A stretch of 64,000 nt of DNA from a virus. Location: the IMG/VR virus record IMGVR_UViG_3300027994_000002, positions 1-64,000 of that record, one strand, 5' to 3'. Shown here piece by piece: positions 54,053 to 60,358 of this stretch. Position 1 is the stretch's first letter. Every line of letters begins with the position of its first letter. The position numbers were made by a program, and so were the translations under genes. The notes beneath the pieces are model-generated. The model saw only the letters and a list, made by a program, of their open reading frames with translations, had not been told where the DNA came from and ran no database searches.

Positions 54053-54429
54053 AAATGTTACCTTTTGATATCAACCTCGCAAAAGCTGGACATCCAATTT
54101 GCACTCGCAATGGAGCCACGGCGAAATTTATCGCGCACATTCCCGAATGCGGGCCACTGCATCGATTGTTGGCGCACGTTGAAGGCCATACCTACGTCAA
54201 CGACTATTGCGAAAACGGTCAATTAGTTGAGTGTTCGATTGATGGCGACGACCTCTTCCTCATCGCGCCTAAGCCTCGTGAGCTTTGGGTTAACTTATAC
54301 GATGATGGTACATACGGGAGTTGGTTTAAATCTAAACACGAAGCTGACGAATATAACAAGGATGCATTTGTCAAACGCATCGCCTGCCTATCCTTCGTTG
54401 AAGGCCAGGGTTTGGAGGAAGGCAAATGA
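54049..54429 (+). CDS. hypothetical protein (126 aa)
   Basis: ORF with an ATGA overlap. Confidence 0.5.
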   Translation: MKMLPFDINLAKAGHPICTRNGATAKFIAHIPECGPLHRLLAHVEGHTYVNDYCENGQLVECSIDGDDLFLIAPKPRELWVNLYDDGTYGSWFKSKHEADEYNKDAFVKRIACLSFVEGQGLEEGK

Positions 54430-54623
54430 ACAACGAAATTCCATGTATGATTGTAAGCTTCCTTCTGGGATTACTGTTCGGTGCGATTTTATTTACTACA
54501 ATATCCATTGGCAGAGTTGTTGAATTGCGCCAAGAAGCCGTCAAACACAACGCAGCCTATTGGGAAGTAGGCAACACAGGCAACACGACATTCAAATGGA
54601 ATGACGAGAAAGGAAGCAAATGA
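54426..54623 (+). CDS. small membrane protein (65 aa)
   Basis: N-terminal TM segment CMIVSFLLGLLFGAILFTTISIG. Confidence 0.45.
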   Translation: MNNEIPCMIVSFLLGLLFGAILFTTISIGRVVELRQEAVKHNAAYWEVGNTGNTTFKWNDEKGSK

Positions 54624-55015
54624 GTGAGGCTTTGATTTGGAACGAAGCAGGCGATTTAATGGCTTTTCAAAATGGATTTTGGTACTCCATCCCATCTGGA
54701 AGTGCGCCCTTTGGAACCTTTATTAGCTGGGGAAACGACCGCATGACCTGCTTAGACGGAGGCATGAGAAAGCTGGAGGAGGCTAAGGCAATTGCGCAAG
54801 AGCACGCCGACGCAATCACCTCCGCCCTCGACAAAGAGCGGGAGAAACTGAAGGTGGCTGTGGATGCGTTGCGTCCTTTTTCGTATTTAGGAGGCGATTT
54901 TGACGCCCTGGCTTATCACGATTTAGAGGATGATGTGATCGTGTTTGAAAGCATAACCGCAGGAGAGATGCGAGCGGCACGAGAAGCCATCAAACAAATC
55001 GAGGAGGGAGTATGA
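54620..55015 (+). CDS. hypothetical protein (131 aa)
   Basis: ORF with an ATGA overlap. Confidence 0.45.
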   Translation: MSEALIWNEAGDLMAFQNGFWYSIPSGSAPFGTFISWGNDRMTCLDGGMRKLEEAKAIAQEHADAITSALDKEREKLKVAVDALRPFSYLGGDFDALAYHDLEDDVIVFESITAGEMRAAREAIKQIEEGV

Positions 55016-55692
55016 GCGAACATCAAATCAAAACATGCAATTGCGGGGAGCCTACATGTCCCATTTGCGAATGGGGTGCGTCCATCTGCTCTGTATGCGG
55101 AAAGGCGGAGGTCGAACTATCGGAGCCATGCGTGGTACCAACCCCACCTGAAAGCACGGAGGTTTGTGAGAGATGCGAGGGGACGGGGCAATTCCATCTA
55201 AATGATGAACCGGGAGATCGTACCTATGCCCGCAAATGCCCCACCTGCAAAGGCACCGGAAAACCAATTTCAAAGGAGGTGAAGCCCAATGGACAACGAG
55301 AAATCGTTTCCAATGAAACGCCGGGAAGTTCCATCCCTCCCGGCAATCCCCCCTTGCCTCCTGTCTATGTTTCTGATTGCTGCGGTGCTCCATGGAAGCC
55401 GGATGATGTTTGTTCTATCTGCGGCTCCCAGGCTATGTTTGAGGAAAAAACTCCCGGCAAGTCTTTGGAGGAGGTTTACCGCGCTGAAGTCGAAGCTTGT
55501 AGGGAACACGGAATGCTGAATGGTCATCTAACAGCCCTTCAAGCCGTAGCCGACTACGCTGTTCAAGATCACTTGTACAAAGCGATTGAAGGGGAGAACG
55601 AAATCGCTCTCCTCAAAGCAACCATTGAACAACGGGATGCAGAGATCAAAGCTCTAAATCGGGCATTGGATAAACTTCTGGAGAACCAATGA
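55012..55692 (+). CDS. Cys-rich protein with DnaJ-type CxxCxGxG motifs and C-terminal coiled-coil
   Basis: CERCEGTG and CPTCKGTG, plus CNCGEPTCPIC and CSVC. Confidence 0.5.
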   Translation: MSEHQIKTCNCGEPTCPICEWGASICSVCGKAEVELSEPCVVPTPPESTEVCERCEGTGQFHLNDEPGDRTYARKCPTCKGTGKPISKEVKPNGQREIVSNETPGSSIPPGNPPLPPVYVSDCCGAPWKPDDVCSICGSQAMFEEKTPGKSLEEVYRAEVEACREHGMLNGHLTALQAVADYAVQDHLYKAIEGENEIALLKATIEQRDAEIKALNRALDKLLENQ

Positions 55693-55714
55693 TCACGCAA
55701 AAATAGCCCAAGAT

Positions 55715-55882
55715 ATGCGGTATGAGATTAAGGCTTTAATCAAAAGAAATAATGATCTTTTCAATAAGGATTCACCTAGCTGCGAGCAGTTAGTCCAATG
55801 GCACGAGGAGTACGATAGAAACGCCGTTCGCATCAACCAGCTTCGGTATGAGTTGAAGAAGTGGGAGAAAGAAAACATATGA
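55715..55882 (+). CDS. small hypothetical protein (55 aa)
   Basis: Below the ORF-track cutoff. ATGA overlap with the next gene. Confidence 0.35.
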   Translation: MRYEIKALIKRNNDLFNKDSPSCEQLVQWHEEYDRNAVRINQLRYELKKWEKENI

Positions 55883-56250
55883 TCAGAACAATCAAGGGAA
55901 TCAGATGCCGGAGCCTGAAAATAGGCGAGAAGGTCGAAAAAGGTGACGTCTTTAATGACGGACAGGCAATCCAGCCTGTCGCCTTTGGGGTGCACGAAGA
56001 GCATGCGCCCTCCAGTTACTTATGCGCGTGGCGTAAAATCGAGCCTAGAGCGAAGCTGGGAGCAAATAAGAAGAAGAGCGAAGAGCATAAGCTGGAGCCG
56101 TTTAATGCCTGGGTGTTCGTGGAAACAGGCCCCCGGGCCGTCCTGATCACTTTATCTCCTTCGCGGCGCGGGGCGCAAAAGAAAGGTGCCGACCTATCCT
56201 TACGGGGCAACGCAATCCAAGTGCGGGTGGCGCCTATTGAGAAAACGTAA
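55879..56250 (+). CDS. hypothetical protein (123 aa)
   Basis: Internal ATG of the 55861..56250 ORF, coupled to the upstream small ORF. Confidence 0.4.
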   Translation: MIRTIKGIRCRSLKIGEKVEKGDVFNDGQAIQPVAFGVHEEHAPSSYLCAWRKIEPRAKLGANKKKSEEHKLEPFNAWVFVETGPRAVLITLSPSRRGAQKKGADLSLRGNAIQVRVAPIEKT

Positions 56251-56251
56251 C

Positions 56252-56386
56252 ATGATTCAACAATACCCCGGATACATCAAGATCTCCAAACCTTCCCAAA
56301 TCTTGCGTAGGCTCGCCTACTTTGCGGCAGGATTCCTTATCGGGGCACTGCCTCAGATCATTGTCTATTTTAACTCCACGGATTAA
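56252..56386 (+). CDS. small membrane protein (44 aa)
   Basis: ATG lies 2 nt after the previous stop. Hydrophobic core LAYFAAGFLIGALPQIIVYF. Confidence 0.35.
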   Translation: MIQQYPGYIKISKPSQILRRLAYFAAGFLIGALPQIIVYFNSTD

Positions 56387-56445
56387 TACCTCAAAACAAG
56401 TAAGAAGTACTCCGGCCTATAATAAGTCACTTGGCGCAATCAGCT

Positions 56446-56468
56446 TGTAAAAAGCAATAAATAACTTT
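56446..56468 (-). promoter_or_regulatory. inverted partial copy of the promoter cassette (UP/-35 part only)
   Basis: Reverse complement reads AAAGTTATTTA-TTGCTT-TTTACA. No TAGAGT-like -10 lies at 16-17 nt on the minus strand. Confidence 0.3.
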
Positions 56469-56482
56469 ACCCTCTCATCATT

Positions 56483-57079
56483 ATGCAAATTGAAACGAGT
56501 ATTATACTTCCTGGAGGGTGGCATTATAAGGACAAAGCAGGTTATCGAATCCCTTTAAGAGGTGAGTTACCAGGAGCTAAAGAAGTGATAGCAGCTATCA
56601 TGCAGCACCGCCTGGAAAACAACATCGAAGTCGGTGATCCTCAGGCTGATCTGGAGAATTACGTGTGTACGAACTTCCCTCAGTGGTGCCGAAGAGGAGC
56701 AACACAACCTCCGATCAACATCAATCCCGTTCAAGGGCGTAACGTCGATGTCGTGATCACTTGGGCGAATGCCTTATATACGACGGTAGGCAGGCTTCAA
56801 CTTGTACCTCAACGAGAAGCCGAAGCCCGGGCCCAAGTGTGCGAAGCCTGTCCTGCGCAAATGATGTGGGAGAATGATTGCCCGCCGTGCGTGACCAGTG
56901 CTCAACGCCTATTGAGTATCCTGAGGCAAGGGAGAGATACGCAACCCGGCCTAAGCTCCACGCTTCACGGTTGCGCCTTATACAAGTGGGATAACCGCAC
57001 GGCCTGTCATGTGGACAAGGTGCATTTGAATACGCAGGAGGTAGGAGCACCGCCACCGTGCTGGGCTAGAAAGCTCTAG
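56483..57079 (+). CDS. hypothetical Cys-rich protein (198 aa)
   Basis: ORF containing CEACP...CPPC...GC...C. No family recognised. Confidence 0.5.
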   Translation: MQIETSIILPGGWHYKDKAGYRIPLRGELPGAKEVIAAIMQHRLENNIEVGDPQADLENYVCTNFPQWCRRGATQPPININPVQGRNVDVVITWANALYTTVGRLQLVPQREAEARAQVCEACPAQMMWENDCPPCVTSAQRLLSILRQGRDTQPGLSSTLHGCALYKWDNRTACHVDKVHLNTQEVGAPPPCWARKL

Positions 57080-57277
57080 TGACGCTTGTCTGACGGAGGA
57101 CAAAGCGGCTTAAACAAAGGAGGTCAACAAGCGTATGGCCTCAGTCATGACCTATCTACTGCATTTGTAACATATTATTTTAAAAACAGGCCGTTTTTTG
57201 GCCGTTTTACCTCGAAAAGAAAAAGCTTTACATTTTCGACAAGAAAAACCGGAAATTTAGTTGCACATAAAACTATC

Positions 57278-57634
57278 ATGCCAAATCCGATTCGCTTAAT
57301 CGTCTGCGGTGGACGCGATTTCCTTGATTGGCATGTCGTATGGATGCGCCTGGATCAGGTTCATTCCAAGCGAGGTATCAGTCAAATCATCGCCGGAGGC
57401 TGCTCGGGAGCAGATGCCTTTGCAACCGATTGGGCAAGAAAGAATGATGTGCCAATCAGGGAGTACTACGCGGCCTGGGAAAAGCACGGGAAAGCCGCCG
57501 GGCCTATCCGCAACCAGCAAATGATAGACGACGGCAAGCCTGATGGCCTCATTGCCTTTCCGGGAGGCCGAGGCACAAACGACATGGTGCTGCGCGCTCA
57601 AGTCGCAGGCCTAACCGTATGGGATTTAAGATGA
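57278..57634 (+). CDS. SLOG-superfamily protein, DUF2493 / YspA-like
   Basis: LIVCGGRDF...IIAGGCSGADAFATDWARKN...AAWEKHGKAAGPIRNQQMI...IAFPGGRGTNDMV is the typical DUF2493 motif order. Confidence 0.7.
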   Translation: MPNPIRLIVCGGRDFLDWHVVWMRLDQVHSKRGISQIIAGGCSGADAFATDWARKNDVPIREYYAAWEKHGKAAGPIRNQQMIDDGKPDGLIAFPGGRGTNDMVLRAQVAGLTVWDLR

Positions 57635-57819
57635 AACGCTACCTCGACCAAACGCCCCACATTAAAGCCGCTCGCATCGCCAAGACACTTAGACAAGTCG
57701 GCGACAGGGATTATGTGCCTGATCATGTGATCCAACACTGCATCAAGCCTTACCCCGGCGTGCGCAATGGCCAGCTCGTAAAATGGGTGGATAACAAGAT
57801 CCCAGAAGACCCTTCCTAA
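57631..57819 (+). CDS. hypothetical protein (62 aa)
   Basis: ATGA overlap start, internal to the 57619 ORF. Confidence 0.4.
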   Translation: MKRYLDQTPHIKAARIAKTLRQVGDRDYVPDHVIQHCIKPYPGVRNGQLVKWVDNKIPEDPS

Positions 57820-57827
57820 AATAGTTG

Positions 57828-57866
57828 AAAGTTTTTTATTGCTTTTTTTGTGGAGGATGATAGAGT
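57828..57866 (+). promoter_or_regulatory. recurrent promoter cassette
   Basis: AAAGTTTTTTA-TTGCTT-16 nt-TAGAGT. A 52-nt G-poor leader precedes ATG 57919. Confidence 0.6.
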
Positions 57867-57918
57867 GATGAACGTAACGCAAGTCCACTTTTCAAAACAA
57901 ACTCACTAACCTACTCTT

Positions 57919-58350
57919 ATGAACGACCTCTCCACTTGGACCGCCAACAACACCGTCAACGAACTCCTCACCAAAGCCTCCACTCGTAAGGCCAAGCTCA
58001 TCACCCCTTCCAAGCACCGCAAGGTGAAGGCCTCCGTCAAGCCTGTCGAAAAGGCCCGCAAGCCGCTGACCCGCGCCGCCTTGAAGGCGGTAGCCAAGGT
58101 TGCTCCCGTCGCGCCTCAGCCCAAGCCTGCGACTGAAATCAAGCGCAAGGGCCGCCCCTGCCTGTTCGACCTCAACAAGGTCATTACGGTGCTCGCCGTC
58201 GGCAATCCCCGCAAGGCGGGCGGCGTGGGTCATGCGGCCTTCGCACTCTACAAGGCCGGGATGACGGTGGCCCAGTACCTTTCCAAAGACGGCGGGGAAG
58301 CCTGTCACCTGCGCTGGGATGTGAAGCACGGGTTTATCTCTATCGCCTAA
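57919..58350 (+). CDS. basic AT-hook-like protein with conserved C-terminal domain (paralog of 46005)
   Basis: KRKGRPC, followed by NPRKAGGVGHAAFALYKAGMTVAQYL...CHLRWDVKHGFISIA. Confidence 0.55.
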   Translation: MNDLSTWTANNTVNELLTKASTRKAKLITPSKHRKVKASVKPVEKARKPLTRAALKAVAKVAPVAPQPKPATEIKRKGRPCLFDLNKVITVLAVGNPRKAGGVGHAAFALYKAGMTVAQYLSKDGGEACHLRWDVKHGFISIA

Positions 58351-58354
58351 TCCA

Positions 58355-58510
58355 ATGGAAACTCTCATTCAAGAAAAAGGTAAGGCGGTCCAGTATTATA
58401 ACTGGGCCGAGGCATACGGGCTCGACCATCAATTTAAAGCTGCAAAAGAAAGGCTCCGCAAGGCAGGCGAAGCAATAGAAGCCTACAAGAAAGCTAATCC
58501 AGTAACTTAG
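58355..58510 (+). CDS. possible small protein (51 aa)
   Basis: ATG lies 4 nt after the previous stop. Below the ORF-track cutoff. Confidence 0.3.
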   Translation: METLIQEKGKAVQYYNWAEAYGLDHQFKAAKERLRKAGEAIEAYKKANPVT

Positions 58511-58542
58511 GTTGATACCCTGCTAGCCTACCCTTAACCGCC

Positions 58543-58797
58543 ATGTTCTTCGATTTCCCTCCACCCGCATTCCTGCCTCCCCCTCCGGCGATTGTTATAG
58601 TCGTAGGCATGATTCAGCCTGCGCCTACTCCCGTGGAGGGAATCCCAATCGTCGTACGAGCCAGCAAAGACCTGGATGATCTCGCTTATGGCGATTGGAT
58701 GAAGCCTTTGGCCTATTGGCCCGCCCCGTTCGAGTGCATTGACCTCATCCCTCGAAGGAACGGTCGTCCCACTCAGGAGGCAAATCAGTACGGTTAG
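58543..58797 (+). CDS. hypothetical Pro-rich protein (84 aa)
   Basis: Preferred over the antisense 58534..58830 ORF, which has only a TTG start. It also has a G-free leader like neighbouring + strand genes. Confidence 0.35.
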   Translation: MFFDFPPPAFLPPPPAIVIVVGMIQPAPTPVEGIPIVVRASKDLDDLAYGDWMKPLAYWPAPFECIDLIPRRNGRPTQEANQYG

Positions 58798-58865
58798 CTC
58801 GACAGGCGGGAGGCCTGACTCACAGTTCAAATGACATCAGATAGATTAGAATCGTTAGTTTGATA

Positions 58866-58938
58866 CACTGCCAGTCCAGTTAGAGGGATTTCCCTTAAAT
58901 CAAATCCTCTGCAGGGGAAATGATCTCGGGCTGGCAGT
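58866..58938. other. approximately 72-nt structured element (closed by an 11-bp helix, with an internal 9-bp hairpin)
   Basis: ACTGCCAGTCC (58867-58877) pairs with GGGCTGGCAGT (58928-58938). Inner stem AGAGG(G)ATTT / AAATCCTCT (58882-58910). Lies in a 166-nt gap, 25 nt before ATG 58964. Confidence 0.3.
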
Positions 58939-58963
58939 AATCAACCTCAACCAAAGGAACAAG

Positions 58964-59218
58964 ATGAATCAATTGAATTCCGTATCCGAAACCAGTGGGC
59001 GCATCCTCAAAATCCTCAAGCCGTGTCTCGATTACTGGCTGGATGAACAGACCCTCTACCTCACGCTCAATCTCTCCCGGCCCCAAGTCACGCGTGCCCG
59101 GCTGGAGGAATCGCTGCGCGAGTTGCGGGACAAGGCCTATCTCGATTTCCGGGTCGATCCCCTGTCTCGGTTGAATGAAATGCGAATCAATAAGGCTTAT
59201 CGCGCCGCTTTTCTCTAA
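58964..59218 (+). CDS. hypothetical protein (84 aa), winged-helix-like
   Basis: ORF with an AAGGA SD 5 nt upstream. Confidence 0.45.
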   Translation: MNQLNSVSETSGRILKILKPCLDYWLDEQTLYLTLNLSRPQVTRARLEESLRELRDKAYLDFRVDPLSRLNEMRINKAYRAAFL

Positions 59219-59222
59219 ACCT

Positions 59223-59489
59223 ATGGCAACCCTCTACACAACCGACGGCAAACAACACGAAGTCAAGCCCAGAAACGGAACCGACTTCCAACTCGACGAG
59301 CTCTACAAACTCATCGGCTGCGAAGTGATTGAAGTGGTGGCCGTGGAAGGCGACAGGCTCCTCATCATTGACGAGGAAGGGAAGTTGAAAGCCCGGCCGA
59401 TGAACACACAGGCAACCATCCTTGCGGACTTGTGCGGCGACTACATCGTCGGCAATGCCTTGTTGGTTAACGGCGAGGAGTTCTTGTGA
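59223..59489 (+). CDS. DUF3846-like protein
   Basis: DGKQHEVKPRNGTDFQLDELYKLIGCEVIEVVAV..LLIIDEEGKLKARPMNTQAT matches my recollection of the DUF3846 pattern. Confidence 0.6.
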   Translation: MATLYTTDGKQHEVKPRNGTDFQLDELYKLIGCEVIEVVAVEGDRLLIIDEEGKLKARPMNTQATILADLCGDYIVGNALLVNGEEFL

Positions 59490-59785
59490 ACCAGCAATCT
59501 ATTGGCAGGAAAGCGGCGATTGCGCTTGCGGAGAGCAAATGGTGGGAAGGAAAATCTAACCGGGATATCGCAGAGTTTCAGTTCCTCACGCGAGAGCTTT
59601 GCATGCCCTTCGGTGTGTTCCATGAGGCCCTAGAGAAGACGCTTGGGAGGCCTGTCTTCACGCACGAATTGGGCGATAACGCAAAAGGCATTGAAGGCGA
59701 GCTATTCGACGGCAAGCCTGCGCCTTCCTTCCAGGAAATCCTCGAACTGATTCCGGGGGATAAGCGTATCGTGATCCAGGTGTAA
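59486..59785 (+). CDS. hypothetical protein (99 aa)
   Basis: GTGA overlap start. Confidence 0.45.
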   Translation: MNQQSIGRKAAIALAESKWWEGKSNRDIAEFQFLTRELCMPFGVFHEALEKTLGRPVFTHELGDNAKGIEGELFDGKPAPSFQEILELIPGDKRIVIQV

Positions 59786-59821
59786 GTTTTTTGTTGCTAT
59801 TTAACTACACCCTGATAGAGT
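59784..59821 (+). promoter_or_regulatory. recurrent promoter cassette
   Basis: AAGTTTTTTG-TTGCTA-16 nt-TAGAGT, with ATG 59828 six nt after the -10. Confidence 0.65.
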
Positions 59822-59827
59822 ACTCTC

Positions 59828-59941
59828 ATGATCCCACTCATTCCAACGCCGATTCCACCGTGCTACTTCAAAGAACGCATCGCCAAGCAACCGCCCCTCA
59901 AAGAGCGGGTGAAGAGCGGAAAGAGGTTGGAGGCCCAATGA
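59828..59941 (+). CDS. small protein (37 aa), first gene after the cassette
   Basis: Leaderless geometry identical to the other cassettes. ATGA overlap with the next gene. Confidence 0.4.
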   Translation: MIPLIPTPIPPCYFKERIAKQPPLKERVKSGKRLEAQ

Positions 59942-60270
59942 CCGAAACAATCCCCTTCGAGATCCTCGGTCACTTCGAGGAGATCATCGACCAAGAGACG
60001 GGAAAGTGCTATGGGACGAGGCCTGTCGCTTATCATCATTCAGGCGGTACGCACGAAGAATGGATGGAACGCATGTGCAAATGCCTCCCAGATCCCCCAG
60101 CCTACGGATACGCAGGTCGAACAGAAGTAGCGTTTAAGCGCGGTCAAATCATCCAGATCGACAAAGCCCGCAAAGGCATGCAACCCTACAAATTCAAAGC
60201 CGACGCCAAATGCTGGATCATCACGCATCCCATTTGCGGGCGGATGAAGAAGGAGATTCATGGAAAATAA
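59938..60270 (+). CDS. hypothetical protein (110 aa)
   Basis: Internal ATG of the 59791..60270 ORF, coupled to the upstream small ORF. Confidence 0.45.
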   Translation: MTETIPFEILGHFEEIIDQETGKCYGTRPVAYHHSGGTHEEWMERMCKCLPDPPAYGYAGRTEVAFKRGQIIQIDKARKGMQPYKFKADAKCWIITHPICGRMKKEIHGK

Positions 60271-60358
60271 GTATTCTTTCGTCGCAAAACACTGGAAAGC
60301 TTTGTGGGTCGCTTGGGTCGTTGTTTGGTCCATTTTCTGCATCTGGATAAGCCTATGA
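60260..60358 (+). CDS. possible 32-aa Trp-rich membrane peptide
   Basis: An AAGGAG SD lies 4 nt upstream. Sequence MENKYSFVAKHWKALWVAWVVVWSIFCIWISL. ATGA overlap with the next gene. Confidence 0.3.
   Translation: MENKYSFVAKHWKALWVAWVVVWSIFCIWISL

Noticed and set aside
57086-57277. An N-terminal extension of the SLOG gene (the ORF track starts at 57086). Also the alternative frame 51537-51860 and the 13-codon ORF at 57868.
   Set aside because: The 57086 extension starts at a non-ATG codon and is low-complexity, and the conserved DUF2493 core begins at the ATG at 57278. The 51537 frame is Pro/Thr/Ser-rich and less protein-like than the 51545 frame. The 57868 ATG lies 1 nt after the -10 box, so it would be upstream of the transcription start.
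47451-57918. Reading the ACTCACTA-containing leaders as bona fide T7/T3-class promoters.
   Set aside because: No single-subunit RNAP gene is visible in the window. The motif directly abuts the ATG with no GGGAGA-type initiation region, and only the 8-9 nt core matches. The resemblance is noted under findings, but I make no promoter call.
58866-58938. A possible tRNA. The length (about 72 nt) is right and a 7-bp terminal helix is present.
   Set aside because: No D-arm or T-arm can be drawn. The internal hairpin is 9 bp with a 10-nt loop rather than 5 bp with 7 nt. There is no TTC/GTTC box and no CCA. I kept it only as an unspecified structured element.
32659-59830. The repeated ~40-bp motif as a CRISPR array or as terminal/direct repeats of a mobile element.
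   Set aside because: The copies are 0.4-5 kb apart, each abuts a stop codon upstream and a start codon downstream, and each contains -35/-10 hexamers at 16-17 nt spacing. I interpret them as promoters. No regularly spaced short repeats exist anywhere in the window.
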